From: a virus
Lineage: Duplodnaviria; Caudoviricetes
Reading direction: 5' to 3' (one strand)
DNA length: 64,000 nt
Virus record (IMG/VR): IMGVR_UViG_3300025428_000004
Span: 502 to 64,501 of that record
In this document: positions 55,794-64,000 of the stretch, piece after piece
Layout of the letters: every line of letters starts with the position of its first letter
Position numbering within the stretch: the first letter of the stretch is position 1
Notes under the pieces: generated by a model
What the model saw: only the letters and a program-made list of their open reading frames with translations
Told to the model about the DNA's origin: nothing
Database searches by the model: none
Position numbers and translations under genes: made by a program

Positions 55794-56711
55794 ATGGCTG
55801 ACGAAAAGAATGCTGACGCTGATCCAAAGGCAGAAGCTGAAGACAACATCGACGATCAAGTAACCGACTCTGTCTCGCAAGAAGATGACGGGATTGATCC
55901 TGAAGACGGCATCGAAGAGCTAAAACGCAGTCTCGCAGAGCAAAAGCGCCAGGTAGAAGAGGCGCAGCGTTTGCGTGCAGAGGCAGAACAGCGTGCGTAT
56001 CAAGCGCAGATAGAGGCGCAGCGCAGCTCGCAAGAGGCCAAGAACGCCAACTACAACCAGATTGTTGGCACGATCAATCAGCTTAGTGAACGTGAGAAGT
56101 CTCTCATGGCTGCCTGGGCTGAAGCCAAGAGCATGGGCGATTACCAGAAAGAAGCAGAGATCCAGAAAGAAATGCTGGTCACTGCGAATTACCTGGAGCG
56201 TCTCAACAAAGGCAAGGATGCGCTAGAGAACGAGATGAAGCGTCCGGTCCAACCGGTTGCTCCTCCAATTGCTGACCCAATCGAAGATGCTGCATCGAGG
56301 ATGTCGCCATCGTCGGCTGCGTGGATTCGTGCGCATCGCGACTTCCTATCAACGGGTCGCAATGACTTGCTTGTGAAAGCGGCGCATACCAAGTCGCAAG
56401 CACTCGGCATCACTGTCGATACGCCTGATTACTTTGCCTTCATCGAAGAAGAGGTCGGGTTGCGTGGCGCACCGCGTCGCAGCGCAAAACGTGACGACGA
56501 TTACGAGGACGATGATGGACCAATGTCGAGCGCATCGGCTCCCCAGGCGCGTCGATCTGTATCCCCGCCATCTGCGCCTGTTTCCAGGGGCGGTCAGCGT
56601 AGAGGTACGATCACGCTGTCGGCAGAGGAGCGTGAGATCGCAAAGATATCCGGCCTCACTGATGAGCAATATTACGCGAACAAAATGCGCGACAAGAAAA
56701 GGGCGAGCTAA
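55794..56711 (+). CDS. Capsid scaffolding protein
   Basis: Acidic N-terminus, coiled coil, C-terminal LS.EE.EIAK..GLT.EQY. Confidence 0.75.
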   Translation: MADEKNADADPKAEAEDNIDDQVTDSVSQEDDGIDPEDGIEELKRSLAEQKRQVEEAQRLRAEAEQRAYQAQIEAQRSSQEAKNANYNQIVGTINQLSEREKSLMAAWAEAKSMGDYQKEAEIQKEMLVTANYLERLNKGKDALENEMKRPVQPVAPPIADPIEDAASRMSPSSAAWIRAHRDFLSTGRNDLLVKAAHTKSQALGITVDTPDYFAFIEEEVGLRGAPRRSAKRDDDYEDDDGPMSSASAPQARRSVSPPSAPVSRGGQRRGTITLSAEEREIAKISGLTDEQYYANKMRDKKRAS

Positions 56712-57274
56712 TGAGCGAAGAAGACAAGATCAAGGTGGTGCTCAAGCGCCGTCACGAAAGCGATGAAAACGTCGCGCCAAAACAAGCGGGGCCAGCGCGT
56801 CCGCCATTGCGCGAAGAAGATTCGCTTGCATCGGCTAAACGACGCGCGCAAGAGCTCCGCGATCATGGGCTAAAGTTCCATGCAAGCGAAGACGAATTCG
56901 ACGTCTCTCATATTGAGAAGCCAGGCTGGAAATATCAGTGGTGTACCTGGTCCGTCTATGAACAGCGCCAGGTAACAAACATGATGTCCGTTGAGGCGCG
57001 TGGGTGGCAGCCTGTACCGCTCGAAGAGCATCCAGAAATGATGCCACGCGATTACGATGGCGAGGCCATTATGCTGAAAGGCTCGATCCTCATGCGCATT
57101 CCGCGCGAGATCTACGACGAGTACACCCAGGCAGAGCTGAAAGCCGCTCGTGATCAGGTACGCTGGAAAGAGCAAGCAATTGCCGGTACGCCTGATGGCA
57201 CATTGCCGCGCGACCATGCGCAAGCGAAGCCACGAATTAAGAAGGGTTATGCGCCGATACCGATTCCAGATTGA
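56711..57274 (+). CDS. Head-region hypothetical protein
   Basis: PGW.YQW, GW.PV...HPE, LMRIP. Confidence 0.7.
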   Translation: MSEEDKIKVVLKRRHESDENVAPKQAGPARPPLREEDSLASAKRRAQELRDHGLKFHASEDEFDVSHIEKPGWKYQWCTWSVYEQRQVTNMMSVEARGWQPVPLEEHPEMMPRDYDGEAIMLKGSILMRIPREIYDEYTQAELKAARDQVRWKEQAIAGTPDGTLPRDHAQAKPRIKKGYAPIPIPD

Positions 57275-57361
57275 TATCGGATTCGACATGAAGGGCGGCA
57301 TCGTTGCCGCTCTTTACAGCTCGGTGGACTAATAATAATTTTCAACGAGCTAAATGCTGTC

Positions 57362-57474
57362 GCGCCTCCCCGCTGTGAGGCGTTAAACCCAGAGCTGCAC
57401 TGTCGGCTCTATCATTAGGCTACAGGATTCGCCCCGCTGTGTGATGACTGAGTCTTCCGTAATAGGGAGAATCC
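57362..57474 (+). promoter_or_regulatory. Structured leader of capsid operon
   Basis: Two hairpins with identical CCCGCTGT loops; GGATTC/GAATCC stem adjoining the SD. Confidence 0.45.
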
Positions 57475-57477
57475 GTC

Positions 57478-58071
57478 ATGGCGAACTTGAATACGCCGTT
57501 TGGGTTCCTACAATATCGCGGCACCGGTTCGTCACCGACTTATGAGCAAGTCGTTGCGCGCATTGCTGCAAACAATACAACTCCAATCTTCTACGGCGAC
57601 GTCGTTGACTTCGTGACGCCTGCTAATGGCTACATTAAGCAAGGCACGCCAGGCACAGACACGATCGCTGGCATCTTCATTGGCTGCAAATATCTTTCTG
57701 TCAGCCAGAAGCACACTGTTTGGTCCCGCTATTGGCCGGGCTCTGACGCTAACGGCGATGTTGAGGCTTACCTCATCAACGATCCGAATGCGCAGTTCCT
57801 CGTACAGGCTGGCGCGACAGCAATTGACGCTTCGAAGATCGGTCAGAACATCCAGTTCAATGCTGGCGTTGGCAACGTGAACACCGGTACGTCCGGCGCT
57901 TATGTTGAGAACGTAGGTTCGGCTGCGACTCTTCCTTTCCGCATCGTTGCTCTCGACACGTTCCCACCCGGAGCGCCTGGCACCGATCCGACGACACCGT
58001 ACAACCGCGTGATCGTCGCCTTCAACAACGTCATCACGCGCAATAACGGCGCTGTGACCGGCATCGCGTAA
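57478..58071 (+). CDS. Capsid decoration/auxiliary protein
   Basis: MAN..TPFG, IF.GD.V, G.F.GC.Y, DP...F.VQ; directly before MCP. Confidence 0.7.
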   Translation: MANLNTPFGFLQYRGTGSSPTYEQVVARIAANNTTPIFYGDVVDFVTPANGYIKQGTPGTDTIAGIFIGCKYLSVSQKHTVWSRYWPGSDANGDVEAYLINDPNAQFLVQAGATAIDASKIGQNIQFNAGVGNVNTGTSGAYVENVGSAATLPFRIVALDTFPPGAPGTDPTTPYNRVIVAFNNVITRNNGAVTGIA

Positions 58072-58085
58072 GGGGAGAATGAAAC

Positions 58086-58997
58086 ATGTCAATTAATCTC
58101 TCGCAGATTAAAGACCTGCTCCTTCCTGGCCTTCGCGGCATTGAAGGAAAGTACGAGCAGATCCCAAGTCAGTACGACAAGATCTTCACCAAGCATGACT
58201 CGAAAATGGCTGTCGAGCGTACCGCTGAAATGCGTTACCTCGGTCTCGCTCAGTTGAAAAACGAAGGCGGTCAGACAGCGTTCGACAATGCGTCAGGTGA
58301 GCGTTTCGTATATAATCAAGAGCATACGGAACTGGCTTTGGGCTACAGTATAACGCGCAAGGCTGTGGACGATAACCTCTACAAGAGTCAGTTCGCTCCA
58401 TCCAACCTGGGCCTGATGGAATCTTTCGCGCAAACGAAAGAGATCTATGGCGCAAACTTGCTCAACACTGCAACGGTTTATAACCCAGCGGTTGGCGGTG
58501 ACGGCCAGGCTCTTTGCTCGTTCAACCATCCGATCGACGGTGGCGTTGTTGCTAACCGTCCTGCAACGGACGTTCAGCTCAACGAAGCAACATTGCTTAA
58601 CGCAATGATCGGCATCCGTACGGGCTTCCGTGATCAGGCTGGCCTGAAGGTGTTTGCGCGCGGTCGTCGCTTGATCGTTCCACCTGCACTTGAGCCAACT
58701 GCTATTCGTCTTTTGAAGACGCAATTGCGCCCAGGCACAGCGGACAACGACGTCAACGCGATCGTCGAGACCGCAGGTGGTTTGCCAGAAGGATTCATGA
58801 CGGCAGACTTCCTAACGTCACCATCAGCTTGGTTCTTGCTCACCAACATCGACGGCCTGTCGTACATGGAGCGCGTAAAGTTCGAAACTGACATGAGTGT
58901 CGATTTCGTCTCAGATAATCTCTTAGTGAAGGGATATGAGCGGTATTCGTTCGGGTATTACAATTTTCGTAGTATCTGGGGATCTTTCCCTGTCTAA
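58086..58997 (+). CDS. Major capsid protein
   Basis: L.PGL, K.EG, ALG.SIT, GDG.AL....HP, LIVPP.L, ERYSFG....R. Confidence 0.88.
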   Translation: MSINLSQIKDLLLPGLRGIEGKYEQIPSQYDKIFTKHDSKMAVERTAEMRYLGLAQLKNEGGQTAFDNASGERFVYNQEHTELALGYSITRKAVDDNLYKSQFAPSNLGLMESFAQTKEIYGANLLNTATVYNPAVGGDGQALCSFNHPIDGGVVANRPATDVQLNEATLLNAMIGIRTGFRDQAGLKVFARGRRLIVPPALEPTAIRLLKTQLRPGTADNDVNAIVETAGGLPEGFMTADFLTSPSAWFLLTNIDGLSYMERVKFETDMSVDFVSDNLLVKGYERYSFGYYNFRSIWGSFPV

Positions 58998-59004
58998 GAA
59001 ACAC

Positions 59005-59034
59005 GGCGGGAGCCTCTGATTTCATGCTCCCGTC
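59005..59034 (+). terminator. Hairpin after capsid gene
   Basis: ggcgggagc/gctcccgtc stem; weak U-tract. Confidence 0.4.
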
Positions 59035-59121
59035 TTCAATATTCCCGGGATTTAGCCGCACAGACAGTCCGGGCTGACGCTGTGCAGACTGCGCGGCCAA
59101 CCCTCGCACAGGAGGTTTATA

Positions 59122-59562
59122 ATGCCTAGAACCCACTTCTCTGGCCCGATCACGGCAGGAAGCATCCGTGATACGTCAGGCGTAACAGTCGGTGTAGATG
59201 TATCAAATCGCGGTTATGCTACGCTTACGCAAGTCGCCAAGATCACTGAAACTGGCGTTGCTCAAGCAATCAACATTGTCATTCCAGCAAACAGCACAAT
59301 CGTCGCCATCAGTTCTTATGCTGAGACTGACTTTGCATCTCAGTTATCACTTGGCGTGACAGCGGCTGCGAATGAACTTGTGACTGATGGCATCTGTGCT
59401 GCGGGTGTTACGCAGATCAATGCTAGCACGGACATATGCGCGATGGTTTGGCTGAATACAGGGCCAAACGACTTGCAGGTTTACGCCAAGAGCGCTGCTT
59501 CCGGCATAGGCGTTGGGTACATCTCCGTCACGTATGCGCAGGCGCTTAACTTCGTTGAATAA
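59122..59562 (+). CDS. Minor structural protein
   Basis: AGGAGG SD; THFSGP start. Confidence 0.7.
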   Translation: MPRTHFSGPITAGSIRDTSGVTVGVDVSNRGYATLTQVAKITETGVAQAINIVIPANSTIVAISSYAETDFASQLSLGVTAAANELVTDGICAAGVTQINASTDICAMVWLNTGPNDLQVYAKSAASGIGVGYISVTYAQALNFVE

Positions 59563-59573
59563 GGATTACGATC

Positions 59574-59807
59574 ATGGGTGAATACAAAGGCAAAGATCAC
59601 TTTCCTGAAGCTGAGTCCAAGGAAGAGTCATTCAAAAAGGGTGGCAAAGTGAAAAAGAAAGCTGGCGGTAAAGTTTCCAAAAAGGAAATGAAATGCGAAG
59701 GCGGCAAAGCCGCTGCGCGCGCGGATCGTCCTGCACGCAAGTCAGGCGGTGCTGTGTTCTCTGCGGCTGCTTCTGGTACGCCTCGCGGAAAACAGTCTCA
59801 CTACTAA
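59574..59807 (+). CDS. Small Lys-rich protein with repeated xxGG motifs
   Basis: FKKGGKV, KKAGGKV, RKSGGAV. Confidence 0.7.
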   Translation: MGEYKGKDHFPEAESKEESFKKGGKVKKKAGGKVSKKEMKCEGGKAAARADRPARKSGGAVFSAAASGTPRGKQSHY

Positions 59808-59889
59808 TCGCTGCTCGATGACAGCGATGCTCGCATAGCGAGTGCGGGTGGGCTCCAATCCACCCGCGATCTTATCCACGGAGATATTT

Positions 59890-60237
59890 ATGCAGCCGAT
59901 ACACATTTCCATCCCTGCGAATTCACCGGCTGGCACATCTTCGCAATGGGTACGCCTTGATCAATGGACAGTTGGAGACGTCAACGTCCAAATCATCGTC
60001 AACGGCACAGTAAATTACACCTTGCAGCAAACATTTGACGACCCGAACGACCCTGTTGCGCCAATAGACTCAGCAAATGTCGTTTGGTTCGATTCATCTG
60101 ACGCAAATGTGGTGAATGCTTCGACAAACCAGCAAGCGCAGGTTTATCCGCCACCCGTTTTTGCACGAATTCTTCTCAATTCCGGTAACGGATCGCTCCG
60201 CGCGACGTTCGTACAGACCGGCAATGTCACTTACTGA
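59890..60237 (+). CDS. Structural protein
   Basis: GGAG SD; V.GTVNYTLQQT.DDP. Confidence 0.65.
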   Translation: MQPIHISIPANSPAGTSSQWVRLDQWTVGDVNVQIIVNGTVNYTLQQTFDDPNDPVAPIDSANVVWFDSSDANVVNASTNQQAQVYPPPVFARILLNSGNGSLRATFVQTGNVTY

Positions 60238-60286
60238 TCGAAAATAACCGCGTTTTTTGCAGATTTCTTGCAATTTGGAGCTCTAA

Positions 60287-63016
60287 ATGTCCGACGAAGT
60301 CAAAAATGTAGCCGGTCCTCAACCGAATGCGACCGTTACGACCGTAAATGGCAAGCCTGGACCAACTGTCGTGTTAAACGGCGACGATATTGGCGCTCCA
60401 GGCAAGAATAATAGCACGCTCGGCACTGTTAAAGCCGGTACAAACATCACAATTGATGTTGACGGTACAATCAGCGCTACAGGAACGCTTGGTTCTGCCT
60501 GGGCAAATGTTACTGGCAAGCCTTTTGACACGATCGGCACCGGTTTGACCGTCACGGGCGGCGCATTGAATGTTACGGGCGGCGGCGGATCGGTTGATTG
60601 GTCTGCAATTACGAATAAACCAACGACATTCACGCCTACGCCTGCTAATGGCGCGACATTGGGTGGTGTAAAGCAAGGCACCAACATTACGATTGCTTCT
60701 GACGGCACAATTTCAGCGACAGGCTCGCTCGGTACCGATTGGAGCAACATCACCAACAAGCCATTTACGTCTATCGGTAGCGGCCTGACGGTTACTGGCG
60801 GCGTATTAAGCGCCAATGGCGGTGGTGGTTCAGTTGATTGGACAGCGATCACTAACAAGCCTTCAACATTCCCTGTTGCTATCGGTGGCGTAGATCAGCT
60901 TGGCGGGTTTAAGGTCGGCGCTGGTTTGAATGTTCAGCCCGATGGCACATTGTCAGCGCAAGCAACGGCACCAACATGGGCAGAGGTCACTGGCAAGCCT
61001 GCAACATTCCCTGTGGCTCCTGCAACGAAGTCTGCATTGGGTGGTGTTATTGCTGGAACGGGCGTTAATATCGACGGCTCTGGCGTTATCAGCGTAAGCA
61101 GCGCGGCTCCGACATGGAACGACATTACTGGCAAGCCTGCCACGTTCACGCCTCCGATTGCATCTGACAAACAGCTTGGCGGCGTTAAGGAAGGCGCTGG
61201 TATCAATATCGAGGCAGACGGCACGATTAACACTGTGCAGGCTGCGCCTTACTGGAATGAGGTTCTTGATAAGCCTGCGGTGTTCCCGGTTGCGATTGCA
61301 ACGAATGACACGCTTGGCGGTGTGATTGCTGGTCCCGGTGTTTCGATCACTGAGGCTGGCGAAATTTCTGTTCGCACGACGCCTCCTGCTTGGGATGAGG
61401 TCACGGACAAGCCGGAATATTTCCCGCCTGTTATTGCGTCTTCATCTGTTGTTGGTGGCGTCAAGTCCGGCACGAATATCTCGATTGATCCAGATGGCAC
61501 GATCAATGCGGCTGCGATTGATATTCCGATTGCCTCTCCATTTACGCTCGGCGCGATCAAGGTGGGCAATGGTCTGACAATCCAAGAAGATGGCACATTA
61601 GGCACAGAGTCTGCGGCGCCATATTGGACAGAAATTGTTGGCAAGCCTGATGTCTACCCGCCATCTATTGCGGCTGACGGTGTTGTCGGCGGCATTATGC
61701 CGGATGACAATTTCACGGTGTCGCCAAGCGGACTGATCTCCGGCAAGCCATTTACTGGCCGTCCATTTGCGGTCGTTCAGTATGATGACACTGGCAAGAT
61801 CATTCCAAGCTATACGGCTGAAAACCGTAACGGCAATCTCGTTCTTGGCGGCGTTCAGCCAACGATGGATGAGAATGGCAAGCCAACTGGCGAAGAGGTA
61901 ACATTCGGCGGTCAGGTTACGATCCTCGATAAGACCGGCAAGTATCGTCTCGGCATTTCTAACGATAGCCTTGACTATGACTTGGCCTTCACCAATGGCC
62001 CGAATATCAAAGCAGGCTTCCTGCCATTTGTTACTAATGTCGTTGGCGAAGTTGTTAGCGTTGCATTTGGTTCGCTTGTTGATGCAATTGGCTATGCAAC
62101 GGGCAAGAAGCTTGGCGTTGTTCAAGTTGGCGGCAACATCGACGTAGATAGCAAGGGCGTCATCAGCGTTAAGACGGCTGACAAGTCAAACCTTGGTCTG
62201 ATGATTGCGGGTGACAATCTTAACGTGAACAAGGGTGTTGTTACGCCTGCGATTGCGACAACGGAAAGCCTCGGCATTGTTCAAATCGGCAAGGGCTTAG
62301 AGGTTGACGCAAATGGCGTGATTAACACGACTGACGCAGTTGGCTTCTTAAACCGCAGGGTTTTTGAAAATAACACTTACGTTCAAAAGGAATATGATTG
62401 GACGCTGCCAGAGGGCGTCGAATATTTCCGAGTGACTGTTGTTGGCGGCGGCGGTGTTGGTGGCGGCTGGTCAAAAAATGCTAACGAAGGTTCCGGCGGC
62501 GCTGGCGGCGGCGGCGGTGCTTATGCCCGTTCAATGTTCTACGGCTACAAGTTTAAGGCTGGTGATGCGTTTAAGGTTGGCGTGGGTTGTTCCAATTACA
62601 ACAATGCTGGCGATGGCACACAGAGTTATTTCCGTCTTACGAGTAAGGCGTCATCGTATCTTTACTGCGAGGGCGGCAAAGGCGGCGAAACTGGCTATGT
62701 CCAAGATGGCGCTAAGAAAGGCTTCACAAAACCGGGAGATGGCGGTCAACCAAAAACCGAGGGCTTTGACAGCACAGTAATGTTCAATCTTGACGCTATT
62801 TCCGGCGGCAATGGTTTGCCGGGACTGAGTGTTAATACGCCACAAGGCGCAAAAACTGTTGGTGGCGCTGGCGGTAGTTCTTTCTTAGGTTCGGCTGGCG
62901 GCACTTTTCCTTCCTCTGGTTATGGCACTGGCGCGGGTGGTGCTGGCGAAGCAAACAACTCAGGCGGCGGCGGCGGCTACGTTGGTCGTGGCGGCGTTGT
63001 GATTATCGAGTATTGA
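60287..63016 (+). CDS. Fibre protein with about 12-14 LGGVKxG..I..DG repeats and Gly-rich C-terminal domain
   Basis: Repeated W..IT.KP..F / LGGVK.G...I..DGTI units; VGGGG.GG C-terminal domain. Confidence 0.8.
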   Translation: MSDEVKNVAGPQPNATVTTVNGKPGPTVVLNGDDIGAPGKNNSTLGTVKAGTNITIDVDGTISATGTLGSAWANVTGKPFDTIGTGLTVTGGALNVTGGGGSVDWSAITNKPTTFTPTPANGATLGGVKQGTNITIASDGTISATGSLGTDWSNITNKPFTSIGSGLTVTGGVLSANGGGGSVDWTAITNKPSTFPVAIGGVDQLGGFKVGAGLNVQPDGTLSAQATAPTWAEVTGKPATFPVAPATKSALGGVIAGTGVNIDGSGVISVSSAAPTWNDITGKPATFTPPIASDKQLGGVKEGAGINIEADGTINTVQAAPYWNEVLDKPAVFPVAIATNDTLGGVIAGPGVSITEAGEISVRTTPPAWDEVTDKPEYFPPVIASSSVVGGVKSGTNISIDPDGTINAAAIDIPIASPFTLGAIKVGNGLTIQEDGTLGTESAAPYWTEIVGKPDVYPPSIAADGVVGGIMPDDNFTVSPSGLISGKPFTGRPFAVVQYDDTGKIIPSYTAENRNGNLVLGGVQPTMDENGKPTGEEVTFGGQVTILDKTGKYRLGISNDSLDYDLAFTNGPNIKAGFLPFVTNVVGEVVSVAFGSLVDAIGYATGKKLGVVQVGGNIDVDSKGVISVKTADKSNLGLMIAGDNLNVNKGVVTPAIATTESLGIVQIGKGLEVDANGVINTTDAVGFLNRRVFENNTYVQKEYDWTLPEGVEYFRVTVVGGGGVGGGWSKNANEGSGGAGGGGGAYARSMFYGYKFKAGDAFKVGVGCSNYNNAGDGTQSYFRLTSKASSYLYCEGGKGGETGYVQDGAKKGFTKPGDGGQPKTEGFDSTVMFNLDAISGGNGLPGLSVNTPQGAKTVGGAGGSSFLGSAGGTFPSSGYGTGAGGAGEANNSGGGGGYVGRGGVVIIEY

Positions 63017-63023
63017 TCACAAC

Positions 63024-63788
63024 ATGGCGACGAATGCGATAAACCCATCTGTTGCTGATTTAACGCTGTATGCTTTTCAGCTTGCTGGGTTGCGTCCATC
63101 GTCGCTCGTTCAAGAGCATGTTGAATCTGCGCGCATGGCAACGAATATGTTGCTGTCGCGCTGGTCAGCGCAAGGCATCAATCTCTGGCAGATACAGAAG
63201 AAGTCTATTGCGCTCGTTAAGGGCGATGGCATGTATCAATTGCCTGACGACATTGTTGGCTTACTCGATACATATGTCTCGCAGCCTGATGGCGGCGGTG
63301 CAACGATTGATCGCATTATCATGCCGATTAGCCGGACAGAGTATGCGAGCTATCCGAATAAGAAGCAGCAAGGCTTTCCGACGGTTTACTGGTTCAATCA
63401 ATTGCTTGAGCCAAACCGCGACACGCGCGTGACCCAGGTTAAGGATACGCGTATCACGCAAACGCTCGATACACGCGTTACAGAGCCTCTGGATGGTCAG
63501 CTCTACATTTGGCCGACGCCGCAATACGACAATCTGACGCTGAATTATTACTACATGAAACAATTGCCGGCAGCTCAATTACAGGGCGCAGGCGGTCCGT
63601 TTATCCCGATGTATTTCTTGGAAGCATTTGCGCTTGGTGTTGCTGCACGCCTGGCGATGATCTGGGCTCCAGATAAGGCGGTTGCATTAAAGCAGGCGGC
63701 TGATGAAGCCTACAACATTGCCTCTGAGCAAAACATTGAAGACGGCAACACGTACATTACACCGCAATTAGCGGGGTACTACAGATGA
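63024..63788 (+). CDS. Head-tail adaptor protein
   Basis: W...G.NLW, ISR.EY..P.K..G.P..YW, IWP.P. Confidence 0.75.
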   Translation: MATNAINPSVADLTLYAFQLAGLRPSSLVQEHVESARMATNMLLSRWSAQGINLWQIQKKSIALVKGDGMYQLPDDIVGLLDTYVSQPDGGGATIDRIIMPISRTEYASYPNKKQQGFPTVYWFNQLLEPNRDTRVTQVKDTRITQTLDTRVTEPLDGQLYIWPTPQYDNLTLNYYYMKQLPAAQLQGAGGPFIPMYFLEAFALGVAARLAMIWAPDKAVALKQAADEAYNIASEQNIEDGNTYITPQLAGYYR

Positions 63789-64000
63789 GCTATGCGTCCA
63801 GGCAGGGTAAGCATGCGCGCATTAGTTCGAGAAGCCCCCAGGCGCTTGCTATCTGCGATCGCTGTGGGTTCCAGCATAACCATGTCGATCTTCGCTGGCA
63901 GCATGATTATGCAGGCGCAGGTCTGATCAATAAGCGTCTCCTGGTATGTGCGACGTGTGAAGACAAGCCACAGCATCAATTGCGCACCATTGTCGTACCT
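63785..64000 (+). CDS. 5' part of second allele of the 126-608 gene (runs off window)
   Basis: MSYASRQGKHARISSRSPQALAICDRCGFQHNHVDLRWQHDY...; identical to 240-341 from 63899. Confidence 0.85.
   Translation, partial: MSYASRQGKHARISSRSPQALAICDRCGFQHNHVDLRWQHDYAGAGLINKRLLVCATCEDKPQHQLRTIVVP

Larger units (their letters stand above)
1..64000. mobile_element. Temperate tailed phage genome (podovirus-like, alphaproteobacterial host), circularly permuted, apparently non-integrated form
   Basis: Terminase, portal, capsid, tail, integrase and cI/cro all present; no host housekeeping genes; 240-341 identical to 63899-64000; attP intact; no tape-measure or sheath gene seen. Confidence 0.95.

Noticed and set aside
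1-64000. CRISPR array, IS element or rRNA
   Set aside because: No spaced identical repeats, transposase or rRNA-like sequence seen; repeats at 60287-62340 are protein-coding fibre units.

Overview
Essentially one complete, circularly permuted genome (unit length about 63.66 kb) of a temperate podovirus-like tailed phage of Alphaproteobacteria. A Hyphomicrobiales host is inferred from the Omp25/RopB-type porin, the GcrA-like gene, the DnaA domain-IV gene and the integrase/xis type. Layout: tail and lysis genes plus large ejection/polyvalent proteins (0.1-21.8 kb); intact attP with a tRNA 3' end, and integrase (22-23.4 kb); leftward recombination operon (23.4-29.1 kb); cI/cro switch (29.2-30.4 kb); rightward early/middle genes (30.4-42.6 kb); terminase, portal and head genes (42.6-64 kb). 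Main unexplained signals: (1) a recurring [F/Y/M/L/R]-x-x-G-G-x-[V/I] tag that brackets every enzymatic domain of the giant virion proteins, with a stand-alone protein that looks like the tag's usual partner domain; (2) a gene nested in the +1 frame of the polyvalent protein gene just before its DdrB-like ParB domain; (3) two densely base-paired non-coding elements (34.7-35.1 kb and 40.5-40.7 kb) in a genome with no recognisable primase or initiator; (4) a collagen fibre + 2OG-Fe(II) hydroxylase + GT2-TPR cassette; (5) two alleles of one gene at the window ends, one recoded and preceded by an HNH endonuclease. All family calls come from motif recognition by eye and need HMM confirmation.
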